Source: a virus (Duplodnaviria > Heunggongvirae > Uroviricota > Caudoviricetes). Taken from it: 64,000 nucleotides of DNA. Positions 37,238-48,247 of the stretch are shown here, piece after piece. The DNA is taken from IMG/VR virus record IMGVR_UViG_3300029522_000074. One strand, given 5' to 3'. Below the pieces are notes generated by a model. The model was not told where the DNA came from. It made no database searches and saw only the letters and a program-made list of their open reading frames with translations. A program made the translations under genes and the position numbers. Numbering within the stretch: the first letter of the stretch is position 1; each line of letters starts with the position of its first letter.

Positions 37238-38245
37238 TTACATATTGTTTAACACATCTTTCATCCCCACTGCACCATTTGCATAATTATTAACTGTTGT
37301 ATTTACATTACTATGTCCTAACTGCTGCTGTACAAATGCAAGATTTCCATTTCTGTTCATTATACTAGCATAATAATGACGCATCATATGTGGTGTTATA
37401 CCATTTCCATAATTCTCAAATATCTGTTTGATATTTCTTTCTGTTGTACGAGTTCCATTTTTATTTACAAACACAGCTTCTGTATCAATAATGTTACTTA
37501 ATGTGCTTCTGTATTCTAACCACTCTCTTATAGCTTTTAAAGCAGATCCGCTAAGATATACCATTCTATTTTGCATTTCTCTGTACACACCTTTACCAAG
37601 AATAGTAATATAAGGCATTTCTTCATCCAAATGTAAATCAGACAAATCTAAACCAGCAAGTTCGGACTCTCTTATTCCAGTTCCTCTTAACACTCGAAAA
37701 ATAGCAATATTCCTATTTCTTACTGGAATATCCTTTTTCCACATTATCTTCTCTTCCATGTCGTTAAGCTGCTTTTCTGTTGGAAGTTTCTTAGTCAAGT
37801 TATTCCCAGATGGAATTCCTTTATAAGACACATCTTTAAAGAATCCATCTTTAATTTCAGTTCCCTTTACTCTACTCATATAATCCCAAAAGCTACTTAT
37901 CATATGCTTTCTGGTTTCCAATGTGGTTGGTGACATACCATTCTGTTCTTTATTTTTCAAATATAATGTAACATCCTCTGCCATAATATCAGTAAAATCC
38001 GATGGCTTAATATCTGAAATATTTGTTTTGTCAATAAGTTTTTCTTCAATAAACCAATTGAGTAAATCTACAATAACTCCAAGATAATTCAACGCACCTG
38101 CCTTACTCTCTATTCTAACAGTGAAATATTTTCTCATATATATAGGAAGATTTAACTCATCCAACTTGTTATTAAGCTTTTCAGCATTTTTGTTTTGTAC
38201 TTCTATTTTGTAACACATAATTATCAACCTCGCTTTCATAATCAT
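37238..38245 (-). CDS. tyrosine recombinase / integrase
   Basis: C-terminal catalytic motifs HMMRHYYAS and LGHSNVNTTVNNYA (R-H-R-Y family). Confidence 0.8.
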   Translation of the reverse strand: MIMKARLIIMCYKIEVQNKNAEKLNNKLDELNLPIYMRKYFTVRIESKAGALNYLGVIVDLLNWFIEEKLIDKTNISDIKPSDFTDIMAEDVTLYLKNKEQNGMSPTTLETRKHMISSFWDYMSRVKGTEIKDGFFKDVSYKGIPSGNNLTKKLPTEKQLNDMEEKIMWKKDIPVRNRNIAIFRVLRGTGIRESELAGLDLSDLHLDEEMPYITILGKGVYREMQNRMVYLSGSALKAIREWLEYRSTLSNIIDTEAVFVNKNGTRTTERNIKQIFENYGNGITPHMMRHYYASIMNRNGNLAFVQQQLGHSNVNTTVNNYANGAVGMKDVLNNM

Positions 38246-38486
38246 CTATGTAATAATTCTCTCTTTTTATCTTTGCTGCTTCAAAAATTTCTTCATAAGA
38301 ATCACAGAATCTTACCTCAATACACTTCGTTACCTCTCCACACTTCAAACAATATAAATCTTTAACATGTTTTCGTTCTCTTTGTCTCTGTCTCTGAATT
38401 CCACTGGCTAACATATTTTCATTCATACATTTTAAACATATAAATCTACTTGTATGTTTTGGATTTCCATTCTTATATCTACTCAA
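38181..38486 (-). CDS. hypothetical zinc-finger protein
   Basis: CLKC...CLKCG pairs; 101 aa. Confidence 0.4.
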   Translation of the reverse strand: MSRYKNGNPKHTSRFICLKCMNENMLASGIQRQRQRERKHVKDLYCLKCGEVTKCIEVRFCDSYEEIFEAAKIKRENYYIDDYESEVDNYVLQNRSTKQKC

Positions 38487-38557
38487 AAATTATTCACCTC
38501 GTTTTCTGTAATAAAAAAGAAGCAGATTAACTCTGCTTCCCACTAAATTATATTCAA

Positions 38558-38932
38558 TTAAAATTCTAAAACAAGTCCTTGTGATAACGCCTGTGTGCCA
38601 TCATAACTTGTTTCAGATTCTTCAAATCCATAATTAACAATAGCTGCAAATAATCCATCAGCCTTATCACTTGGATCAAATTTCATATATTCCGTTTTAA
38701 AAATTCCACAAAGGAAATCTCTAAAATGTATTTCATCTTTCTGTGCAGCAAGTCTCATAGCTTCTTGTCTTCTTCCTGTTTTAAGAGTCTCACCTTTCAT
38801 ATTCTTAAATACATACCCAAGCCATAAGCCAGATACATAATACCACTCTTCAGCGGTATTAATCTTAAATTCTTTCTTATTTGCTTGCGCTTCAATTCTT
38901 TCTAATACATCTTTTATTTGCTTATCAAACAT
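38558..38932 (-). CDS. hypothetical protein
   Basis: 124 aa ORF. Confidence 0.4.
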   Translation of the reverse strand: MFDKQIKDVLERIEAQANKKEFKINTAEEWYYVSGLWLGYVFKNMKGETLKTGRRQEAMRLAAQKDEIHFRDFLCGIFKTEYMKFDPSDKADGLFAAIVNYGFEESETSYDGTQALSQGLVLEF

Positions 38933-39091
38933 ATTTTTTTATTCTCCTTTTTAATATTCCATTACTGGCACATCACATGTTAAGGTTTATCATTAAATGT
39001 ATTAGAAATAATGTAAATAAATTATAGCAAAATATGTACATTTTGTCTATTTAATTTAGCATTACAATAAGAAAGCAATTTTTCTTTAGGT

Positions 39092-39406
39092 TTAATATCC
39101 CAATTTTTTCATACTTTCTATATTAAATTTCCAATATGTTTCAACAATATTTCCATATCTCTTTATAGCAGCCTGTCTTAACTCATCATTTGTAAAAATT
39201 AACCCTGTGTTTTTTAAATCGCTAAATAATTTCTTGCTCATTCTAGGAGTTACTTTGTTGAATCCATGTCCAATTTTTTGTGTTACAATTTGATAACAAG
39301 CTCCATTATCAAGTATCAAATCATTTTCACTTATGTCTAATATATTTCTTCCAACTTTTAACTTAACCATAATATCATATCCTTTCTTTTGAAACAATTC
39401 TTTCAT
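39092..39406 (-). CDS. hypothetical protein
   Basis: 104 aa ORF directly downstream of the second DUF262 gene. Confidence 0.4.
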   Translation of the reverse strand: MKELFQKKGYDIMVKLKVGRNILDISENDLILDNGACYQIVTQKIGHGFNKVTPRMSKKLFSDLKNTGLIFTNDELRQAAIKRYGNIVETYWKFNIESMKKLGY

Positions 39407-39409
39407 TGG

Positions 39410-40210
39410 TTATTCATCTAACATTTTCTCAACTTTATCAAGCTGTGACTGATCCATTGACTTTCCAGTTCTATTGAGCATTAAGAAATATTTTAATACT
39501 GCCTTTCTATCTGCTTCTCTTACTTCTCCTTGTACAATATGATGGTTTAAGAAAACATTCTTATCTTTAGCCGATAAGTCATTGTAATAAACTCCATTAT
39601 ATGGAAATCTATTCTCATAAAAATCAATAATTGTGCTTAATCTCTGCTTTCCATCAAGTATTTCATATCCATTACCTGTCTCAGCCCATTTTTTATCATC
39701 CAAATGAATAAAAGCAAATTTACCTATATCAATATTATTAAAAATACTATCTATAAGCAACTGTTTGTCTTCTGATTTCCAAACATACCCTCTCTGATAT
39801 TCAGGATTCATATCTACTCCAAAAGCATAATACTTATGGATAAGAGATTCAATTATTGAATTATTAAAATTAATTTTTACATTCTGATTTTTACTAAACT
39901 TTGAATCCCCATTAGTAAGCGGTCTAACGCTAGTCCATCCAGCAACTCGATATACTTCTCTATCATAAGGATTTCCATAATTTTCTTCAGTAGAAATACA
40001 ATGTAATCCGTACACCTTCCCATCATATAACACTTCTTTTACTGTACAGTCTTTTAATGCACCATATTCTACCTTATCTCCTATTTCAAATCTATAAGTT
40101 GGTTCATTCAGATGTGGCACTTCATCTTTAATAAAACTTAATTCATTTTCTCTTTCTTTCTGTAACTGTTCTTCTATGGTTAATTCTTTATTTACTTTCT
40201 TTCTCGCCAT
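39410..40210 (-). CDS. DUF262 (ParB-like nuclease) domain protein, short form
   Basis: IDSIFNNIDIGKF and ILDGKQRLSTII (DGQQR motif); 266 aa. Confidence 0.6.
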   Translation of the reverse strand: MARKKVNKELTIEEQLQKERENELSFIKDEVPHLNEPTYRFEIGDKVEYGALKDCTVKEVLYDGKVYGLHCISTEENYGNPYDREVYRVAGWTSVRPLTNGDSKFSKNQNVKINFNNSIIESLIHKYYAFGVDMNPEYQRGYVWKSEDKQLLIDSIFNNIDIGKFAFIHLDDKKWAETGNGYEILDGKQRLSTIIDFYENRFPYNGVYYNDLSAKDKNVFLNHHIVQGEVREADRKAVLKYFLMLNRTGKSMDQSQLDKVEKMLDE

Positions 40211-40249
40211 TTAATCATCTCCTTCTATTTACCAAGAAATCGTCATTTA

Positions 40250-40591
40250 CTACACTGGTTTATATTTTTGACGATTTACTTTCTGTCTTTCTTCAATAAT
40301 AAGATTCAAAACAATTGTTAGTCTCCTCTTTTCACTTGAGGAATCAGTCTCTCCATATATCTTAGTCAGTTTACCCTCATATTCTTGTTGTAAGCTGCAC
40401 AATTCTCTTTCATATTCTATCAACTCTTTTAGTGTCATATTTATCATTATATCACCTCGTTTCTTCTGCTCATTAATCAAATCCAATACTTCACATACAA
40501 AATTTTTGCCCACATTGAGGACAATATGTATTTGTAGAATATACATTACTACCACAAATACCGCACTGATGTACAATTGTTGATTTTCCAA
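40250..40591 (-). CDS. hypothetical membrane-anchored protein
   Basis: 113 aa, N-terminal hydrophobic helix. Confidence 0.35.
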   Translation of the reverse strand: MENQQLYISAVFVVVMYILQIHIVLNVGKNFVCEVLDLINEQKKRGDIMINMTLKELIEYERELCSLQQEYEGKLTKIYGETDSSSEKRRLTIVLNLIIEERQKVNRQKYKPV

Positions 40592-41735
40592 ATAAGCTAA
40601 ATTCTCTTTTATTATTTGTTGGAAATCTCTTTTGTTTTCTTACACATTCTTCTATGGTATCAATATTAGCCATTAAATCTTCAATATCACCAACTGCAAT
40701 AACTCCATTTTCATTACTATATGCGATTTTAAATTGTTGTATGGATATCAATGCCGCATTTATTTCTTCTTCATACATTTATATCACCTCAATTTCCTAT
40801 TAACCAATCTCTTCCATCACAAGATTTGTGTTCTTGGACAATTTCATCAGTTAATTTTATATTTTTAAAAAGTCCACTATCAATTGCTGCACAACCATAT
40901 GAACAATATTTATCTGTAAACCCAGTTCTTACAACAATAATTGAATTTTCAAGTAATGACTTACCACATTTAGAACACTCCATATATCTTTCCATCAATC
41001 ACACCTCACTTCATTACTGACACATCAATAACATTTAATCCAGCATCTTCTAAATCCTGTTCAACACAATATCTCAATGTTTCTTCTGATGACTCATCAT
41101 CATAGAATTCTCCTTCAACTTCTACAATAAGTTTTGCTTTTACCTTATTGGGGTTATTCATTGTTTTTGACATATGTATCACCTCTTATCTTTCAGTTAC
41201 AATTAAATTTTCTATATCATACCTGCAATCAATCCAATGTTCATATAGTCCAATGTTTTCATCTGTTGGCTTCCTTGTTGCTGATGAAATATAATTATCA
41301 AATTTAACGATTGCGTTATACATTTTCTCAAGGTCTTCTTTTGTAATCTCGTCAGTATTTCTAAATTCTTTCACTATATCACCTCTTCCAATCTTCCGAG
41401 TAAATCATTCATTCATTGGCTTTTTAATTACAATTTTTCTTCCACAAATCGGACAATAACCAATATTTATCCTTTTGCTAAAAGCATCTTCTGCGAAATC
41501 ATATCCACAACAAAGTGTTACTCCGTCAATCATTATTGTTCCATTCTGCCAAATTGCTAATGTTTTCTCTTTGTCATCTAAAATTTTTCTTGCCACATCT
41601 TCATCGAAATTAGTAACCTTTAATACTTCTTCCACACAGTCTGTAGGATAAGAAGAATAATCTACTGCGAATTTTTCTATTTGGCTTTTTGTCATATTAT
41701 TACCTCCAAACTAAAGAAATCATCATTCATCATAT

Positions 41736-41850
41736 TGTGGGCGATAGGACTTGAACCTATTCTTACTTCTGTCAGCCTGGTTACTGATTTACGAGACTTG
41801 AACTCATTTGCTATCGTCATAGCAGCTCCTATATTAGCTACCCACAATAA
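41736..41850 (-). ncRNA. tRNA-like element (T-arm plus acceptor-like 3-prime end; non-canonical overall)
   Basis: Minus strand carries ATAGGTTCAAGTCCTATCGCCCACA (T-arm plus acceptor-like), a second TTCAAGTC T-loop-like motif, a D-arm-like AGCT-AATATAGG-AGCT, and long-range pairing TTGTGGG/CCCACAA; I could not fold a standard 73-76 nt cloverleaf. Confidence 0.3.
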
Positions 41851-42275
41851 AACCAATCTTTTACAACACTTTAAATTTACACATCGCAAATTCAAAAATT
41901 GTTCCTTCAGATAATTTACCGGGATTATTCCAATCTCTAAATCTGCATAATATTGGCTGCCATATTCCTACATTTTCTTTTACTCTATAAATACGTCCAA
42001 GTGTAAAATTTCCATTATCACTTGAATTATCAATACATTTGCACTGCATATATAATCATCTCCATTCATTCATCTTGTTACTAAACTTTTAATATCTTGC
42101 CAAAGCAAACATTCTGCATTTTTGTTCCATCTGACATAGTTGTTGTGGAAAGCTGTGCTATCTGTCCATGATTGCCAATCTCTTCATCAGGAAAAGATTT
42201 GTTAATCAAATCAATCAACTCTCTTTTCGTTAATGCCGTATGTACTACTGTTTCAATTACATTTCTATTTTCCAT

Positions 42276-42677
42276 TTATATTACCTCTTCTAATCTTCCT
42301 AATAAATCATTTTTCACTTCGATTATTGCATTCAACCTTGATTCAGTTGCAGTAACCTTACAGGCTTCTGCATTATAGGTCATTTGCTTTTCTAGGTCAG
42401 ATTCAAGTCTGTCAATTTCTGTATCAAGCTCACCGATATATTCTTTTATCTTTTCTCTCATATTAGGCTTATCCTGATTCATATTACCAAAATCTGTTCC
42501 CTTAAAATTTTCCTTAGTTAATTTCCTTCCACATTTAGGACAATAGTAAAAACGGTTATTATTATCAATTTGAAATACACTTCCTGATAAAGAAATTACC
42601 GCTATATCATCAAATCTTCCTATTTCAGTCATCCTAAAATCATATTTTCCACCACATAATTCGCAATTATTATTCAT
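42276..42677 (-). CDS. hypothetical zinc-ribbon protein
   Basis: CELCGG...CPKCGRKL; 133 aa. Confidence 0.4.
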   Translation of the reverse strand: MNNNCELCGGKYDFRMTEIGRFDDIAVISLSGSVFQIDNNNRFYYCPKCGRKLTKENFKGTDFGNMNQDKPNMREKIKEYIGELDTEIDRLESDLEKQMTYNAEACKVTATESRLNAIIEVKNDLLGRLEEVI

Positions 42678-42946
42678 TATCTTTCACCTCCAAAGGAAAG
42701 TTAATTTACTTGGATTTTTGTAATTGCAAAATCAGTTCCAACTCTGCAATTTCCGTTTTCAGTTTCTTCATGTATAACAATGCATTAATGGCATTGTCTT
42801 CATAATTTGATTGTTCAATATTTTTCATATCAATTCTGAAATATTCTTGTTGATTTTCCAAATCTCGCTTCTTTGCAGCTAATCGCTGTTCTAATGCTTC
42901 TTTCATATTATTCACTCCTTTTCATTCGATAGTAAACTTAGATTTC

Positions 42947-43273
42947 TTAGTCATTAAATAAGTAATCTCTTGCATATTCATCACCAAATTTCTCATACAT
43001 CCATCTTCTATAATCCGGTGTACAATTACCTGAATGGTGATACACTTTGACATCATAATCGGTAATTTCATAATCATCATCAATGATAAGTGTGGCATTT
43101 GGGTCTTCCTTCAATCTCTCTTCTTCAAATTCAGGAATTTCCACATATCCCTCAAGCCCAATAGAACGTTCATCTCTTGTAATATTTAGTTCATTGATTT
43201 TTCCGTCTGAATCAATAAATAAGCCATATATTTCTCTTAATTCTTCATCAGTTAATCTATTTGCATATTTCAT
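42947..43273 (-). CDS. hypothetical protein
   Basis: 108 aa ORF. Confidence 0.35.
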   Translation of the reverse strand: MKYANRLTDEELREIYGLFIDSDGKINELNITRDERSIGLEGYVEIPEFEEERLKEDPNATLIIDDDYEITDYDVKVYHHSGNCTPDYRRWMYEKFGDEYARDYLFND

Positions 43274-43847
43274 AAAATAATTCCTTTCTGTTTCAAAAGA
43301 AAACTTGGTTTCTTACTATCTTTCATAATAACTACATGGTGCTTCACATTCTCCAGATGATGTACATGCAGGATTTTTACCACACAATCCATTTCCTACC
43401 ATATATTTACACCCTTCTTTTCTTGTACCAATATTTCTCGAACCACAATTATTACAATGATATGATTTCTCTTTTTCATCATATCGAATATCCATATTTC
43501 CGCAATCTAAACAAATCATATTTTTATTCTCCAATCTTCTAACGAATTTGTTTCAATCTATTTAATTCCAGCTTCCTTACACAATTCTAAAAACTCATCC
43601 TGGCTAATTTGCATTTCTGGTTTAATAGTTGTCTCATAATAATGAATTGTATCTGCCGTAAGATCATAATTCTTATCAGACTTTGCAAGATCAACCATTG
43701 ATTCCAATGTGAATTTTACAATACCTATGTATGTTTTCTTATCTATTTTGTCCATTTATTTTACCTCCAATTTTCCAATGAATCTATTATTTATTGCTCC
43801 TTCCATTCTACATAATATCACCCAACAACTCAATTACTTCATTGCGT

Positions 43848-44399
43848 TTAATTGAATGGCATATAGTCTTCATCCTCTTCACCATTTTCCTTAAAAATAT
43901 CGTCATCTTCTCCATTATCAATACAAGTATCATAACCATCATTTCCAATTGTAAAATGTTGAAGAAAATCAACTTCAATAAAATTCGCCATTTCTTGAAT
44001 TTTTCTTGTGATATTAATATCATTTACACTTGCATCTTTTGAACCATTTGGATGATTATGAGCTACAATAAATTTATTCGCACCAGACAATAATAGAAAT
44101 ATTGCAAGCTCTCTCATTTTTATTATAGAAGTATCTGCTGTTCCATGTGATAGTTCAAATACTCCTTGTGGAATCATTTGACAATTAAATGACATAATAT
44201 AAACATATTCTTCTTCAAGATATTTCGTTTCAAATACTTGATTAAAAAAATCCACCATTTTATCATATGAAGAAAAATCCGAATTCCATTGAATTTTCTC
44301 TTTCTCTTTTAACATAGGTAAATTATTCTCTTTATTCCTAAATGTAATATATCTTTTAATCTCCATTATATATTCTCCTTTAAAAAATAGATTTTGCAA
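43848..44399 (-). CDS. RadC-like JAB/MPN domain protein
   Basis: JAMM-type motif FIVAHNHPNGSKDASVNDINIT; 183 aa. Confidence 0.7.
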   Translation of the reverse strand: MQNLFFKGEYIMEIKRYITFRNKENNLPMLKEKEKIQWNSDFSSYDKMVDFFNQVFETKYLEEEYVYIMSFNCQMIPQGVFELSHGTADTSIIKMRELAIFLLLSGANKFIVAHNHPNGSKDASVNDINITRKIQEMANFIEVDFLQHFTIGNDGYDTCIDNGEDDDIFKENGEEDEDYMPFN

Positions 44400-45399
44400 T
44401 TATATTAGCAGCCATATCATTATACTGATTTAAATTATTTTTCAAATATATCTTTGTTGTTTCGGTTCTAGCATGTCCTAATAACTGCTGAACCACATAT
44501 ATATTTTCATCTGTCTTTCCCAACATAATATTTGCAAACGAAGCCCTTAATTTATGAGGTGTTACTGAATATCCAAGAGCTTCCTTTGTATATTTTATAA
44601 CAATATCAGATAATGATCTTTGTGTCATACGAGTTTTTGATTTTGAAATGAATAACGCATCTTCATTTTTATCTATTATTTTTTCTCGATCACACATCCA
44701 ATCTAAAATAGCCTTTTCTAATTGAGAACTCATAGTAAAAGTCCTGTCTTTATGCCCCTTCTCAATTACACTTTTAATAATATGATTTTCAAAATCAATA
44801 TCTTCAACATTGATTTCGCTTAATGCTGTTTCACGTATTCCAGTTTGCATAAATAACATCATAATTGCTCTGTCTCTTGATTTCCATTTATATTGCATAG
44901 CAACTGACCTTCTATTTCCTGCTCCACATTCTACAGCCAATAGTACTTCTTTTAAATCATCTTCATCTAAGAATTTTCTATTAACAAAATCTTCTCCACG
45001 AACCCTTTTTATTTTATTCATAGGATTTTCAGTTATATAATCATTCTCCGTTAAGAAATCAAAAAAACTTTTTAATACACTATGATAACATTTCCTGTAA
45101 GATAATGAAGATTGTTTTTTATTTCCATTATTATCTGTTATATATTCTATTGAATCCAAAAAACGAGTAATGTCAAACTTTGTTATTTCAATAACTTTAA
45201 TATGTTTAATATCACTCGGATTAATGTAATATAAAAATTTTGCTATTTTTCTTATATATTCTCTACATGCTGTTGGTTGCCTTCCTGATTTAAATTCATA
45301 ATAATATTCTGTCACATATTGTGGTAATGAAGACAATATTTCTTTTATATTTTTTTCTATTTGTAATGAATGTTCTAATCTACCTTTCATTTTTATCAC
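44380..45399 (-). CDS. tyrosine recombinase / integrase (second copy)
   Basis: TPHKLRASFA and LLGHARTETTKIYL catalytic motifs. Confidence 0.8.
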   Translation of the reverse strand: MIKMKGRLEHSLQIEKNIKEILSSLPQYVTEYYYEFKSGRQPTACREYIRKIAKFLYYINPSDIKHIKVIEITKFDITRFLDSIEYITDNNGNKKQSSLSYRKCYHSVLKSFFDFLTENDYITENPMNKIKRVRGEDFVNRKFLDEDDLKEVLLAVECGAGNRRSVAMQYKWKSRDRAIMMLFMQTGIRETALSEINVEDIDFENHIIKSVIEKGHKDRTFTMSSQLEKAILDWMCDREKIIDKNEDALFISKSKTRMTQRSLSDIVIKYTKEALGYSVTPHKLRASFANIMLGKTDENIYVVQQLLGHARTETTKIYLKNNLNQYNDMAANIIAKSIF

Positions 45400-45405
45400 C
45401 GTCCT

Positions 45406-45786
45406 TTATAGCAGCATATTATTTAATTTTTCAATACTATTTAATAAGTTTTTTAAACTGTTAGTGGCATCTTCAATTGTTTTAGATAAATCTTCTACAT
45501 CTTCATCTTCTTTTTTATCAGTTTCCTTGTTTAAGCAGTCTTCAAAAACATGACCACCATTTTCAACATACATATTAAACAACATATCACCTGGAACTGT
45601 TTCAAATAATTTTCCATTATGATAAATCTCGTAATCAGGTACTTCATTTATAGGTGCTTTAAATCTAAATATACATAAAATAGCAAATTGCGTATCATCA
45701 TAACTGTCGAAATAATTTTTTTTCTCTGGTTTATCACTTGCAATATAACACCATTCTTTCATTATTTTATCTCCTTTATTTTTCAC
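45406..45786 (-). CDS. hypothetical protein
   Basis: 126 aa ORF. Confidence 0.4.
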   Translation of the reverse strand: MKNKGDKIMKEWCYIASDKPEKKNYFDSYDDTQFAILCIFRFKAPINEVPDYEIYHNGKLFETVPGDMLFNMYVENGGHVFEDCLNKETDKKEDEDVEDLSKTIEDATNSLKNLLNSIEKLNNMLL

Positions 45787-46537
45787 TTCGTCTATATTTT
45801 ACTCTTGCCTCCCCCTCATCTATAAATTTATCTTTTAAAGAGTCAGCCATTGGGCGTAAAGTTGTTTCGTAATATAATTTTTGTTTATACCACGTACTAT
45901 ATGGTTCAGCCATATGTTCATAATATTCTTTTACATATTTATGGAAGAATTTATTTATATCATTCATTAAAGCACCTTGACCTAGCATTTGTTCAATTGT
46001 TCCATCTGATAGTCGAATAATTTTCTTTGTTTCAGGATCAAATAATACGGAAAATGTTTGTTGACAAATTCCATAGCCAGACCACAAATGTAACATTTTA
46101 TAATGTTCTTCAGTAAAAATCATAGATCTCTCAACATATAATTTTCCTGCTTTAAAATCCTTATATCTAATTCCAGGGAATTCATCTTTTCTATGTTCAT
46201 TATCACCATATTTAATGTGCGTTCTATCACTTTCACCACGGAATGCTTTCGCCCTTTCTTCTTGATATTTTTGTTCAACTCTACTGGCTGTAATATTTTG
46301 AGTATATCTACCAGTTTGTGCATCTTTAAGCCAAACATCACCATTATAATCTCTCTCAGTTACCATAATATGATTGGTAGACAGGTCTCTTTTGTTCATA
46401 TTATGATCTAAATAAGTGTTAGTTTCATTGTTTCTGTATCTCGTCTTATGATCATTATCTTCTATAGCATTTTTTACATCATTGACACCTTTACAACCAA
46501 TTCCAAATATTGTATAAAATAATCCGAATAAACTCAT
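45776..46537 (-). CDS. hypothetical protein with N-terminal hydrophobic segment
   Basis: 253 aa. Confidence 0.4.
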   Translation of the reverse strand: MSLFGLFYTIFGIGCKGVNDVKNAIEDNDHKTRYRNNETNTYLDHNMNKRDLSTNHIMVTERDYNGDVWLKDAQTGRYTQNITASRVEQKYQEERAKAFRGESDRTHIKYGDNEHRKDEFPGIRYKDFKAGKLYVERSMIFTEEHYKMLHLWSGYGICQQTFSVLFDPETKKIIRLSDGTIEQMLGQGALMNDINKFFHKYVKEYYEHMAEPYSTWYKQKLYYETTLRPMADSLKDKFIDEGEARVKYRRSEK

Positions 46538-47731
46538 ATAATTAACCGCCTTTCTTATCTATGATTAATTCTATCTTTATAATCTTCACCAAAATTTTTT
46601 TTCATAAATTCTTCTGCATTTCTTTCTGCATTATTTTTTTCTTCTTTTTTATTATCTATAAATATTGCGATTGCAAACATTAATATTATTATACTTATAG
46701 CTGTACCCATAATCCATATCCTCCTATTTAACTATTCACATCTCATTATTACTATTCTAATTCTATCATATAATTTTAAATTTTGCACTATATATCCAAG
46801 TATTAAAATGATCCATAGTAATGAATTTTAATACATCCTCAAATCCCTTTATTACATCGGTTGCAAACAAAAATCCTTTACTGTATCCCTCGTAATTATT
46901 ATTAGGAATAATTGTAAGATATTTTCCTTTCTTATGTACTTCATGACCTCTCTTTTCCATCTCTTTCTTGAATTCTTTATAATCTATCATACTAAACACA
47001 ACCTTTCTTAATAAAAATAAAAGAAGTGAATAACCATATTGTCATCCACTTCTTTATTCTCCACTATGTATCTATTAAAGAGAAAAATGTTTATTCCCAT
47101 TCTCCATTTGTTTTAATGTTGTTAATCACAGGTATTGCTATTTCCTGCATAGTTTCTATTTTTTCTGTAGCTATTTCCTTACCTTCTGCAATAGTCATAC
47201 AAGAACATAATCTTGACCATGCATTATAAGCCGTGTTGAATATCATTACATCATACTTCTGATTGAATGAATTAATTTCCATTCCAGCCGTATATCTATT
47301 CACTATACGTATTTTTATTCCATTTACTCTAAAGTTTCTCATTACAATCACAACCTTTCACTGTAAATTATCCATTCCTTTCCATAAAAAATAAGAGACT
47401 GGATATTTTTCAATCTTTCCAATCTCTTAAATGTTCTCTCTAAATTATTCAATTATTACAAAATTTCATTTTGCTTTTCTAATAAAATTAATAATGCACT
47501 CATTGTCATTTTCTGTATGTATTCATCTTTATCCAATTCTTTTTCAGTTATTGGCTGATCTTCATCAATAAAATCATAATTTACATACAATGTAACTCCT
47601 GAATTATCCTTGCACCATACTGCAACAACTTTGTCACCACCAAATTCTACAATATCTTCTTTAAGCTCTTTGATTAATTCCGAACATTCATAACTAATTC
47701 CCAAACCTTGTTCATTTATAAATGCCATTAT

Positions 47732-48247
47732 TTATCCCTCCAAAATTTTTATAAATCTAAATCCGTTTGCCGTAGTTTTCTTTTTAGAACCATCCTTACG
47801 ATAAAACCAATTGCCTTTTATAATACCTTCTTCAATAACTTCTGTTACTACTGGATGTTTTCTAGTACCAGACCATTCTAAGAAAGCACATTCCCATCTT
47901 TCTTCTGAAGGCTTAGATTCCATTCTTTTCTCTTTTTTATAATCTAAAAGCAATTCCTCAATTTTATCATCTGTCAAATTTTCTATTCTATTAATATCAA
48001 GCGAATAGAATTCTGTTTTATTATAGTGATTACTTGTATGATGCCATGAAGAATATCTCAAGCAAACTTCTTTCAATACTTTTATAGGAAGTCTTCTTAA
48101 CTTCTCAATTGAACATTTCAATTCAATTTCTGTATCTTTAATTGTATCAAAAATATTTGCCTTTGTCCACTTACTTAATGGTTTCTCACCATCTTCATAA
48201 GCTGCAACTGCATTGTTGCTCATCGACCATCCATTATACCCCGCCAT
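47732..48247 (-). CDS. hypothetical protein
   Basis: 171 aa ORF. Confidence 0.4.
   Translation of the reverse strand: MAGYNGWSMSNNAVAAYEDGEKPLSKWTKANIFDTIKDTEIELKCSIEKLRRLPIKVLKEVCLRYSSWHHTSNHYNKTEFYSLDINRIENLTDDKIEELLLDYKKEKRMESKPSEERWECAFLEWSGTRKHPVVTEVIEEGIIKGNWFYRKDGSKKKTTANGFRFIKILEG

Noticed and set aside
41736-41850. Calling a canonical tRNA (or suppressor tRNA) here
   Set aside because: I could not pair a 7-bp acceptor stem with standard D, anticodon and T arms within 73-95 nt. The span between acceptor-like strands is about 110 nt and no 7-nt anticodon loop is found. Reported only as tRNA-like.
41692-41914. ORFs 41692..41895 (-) and 41681..41914 (+)
   Set aside because: They overlap the tRNA-like structured element; the translated sequences are not protein-like. 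More likely this is a non-coding RNA or att region.
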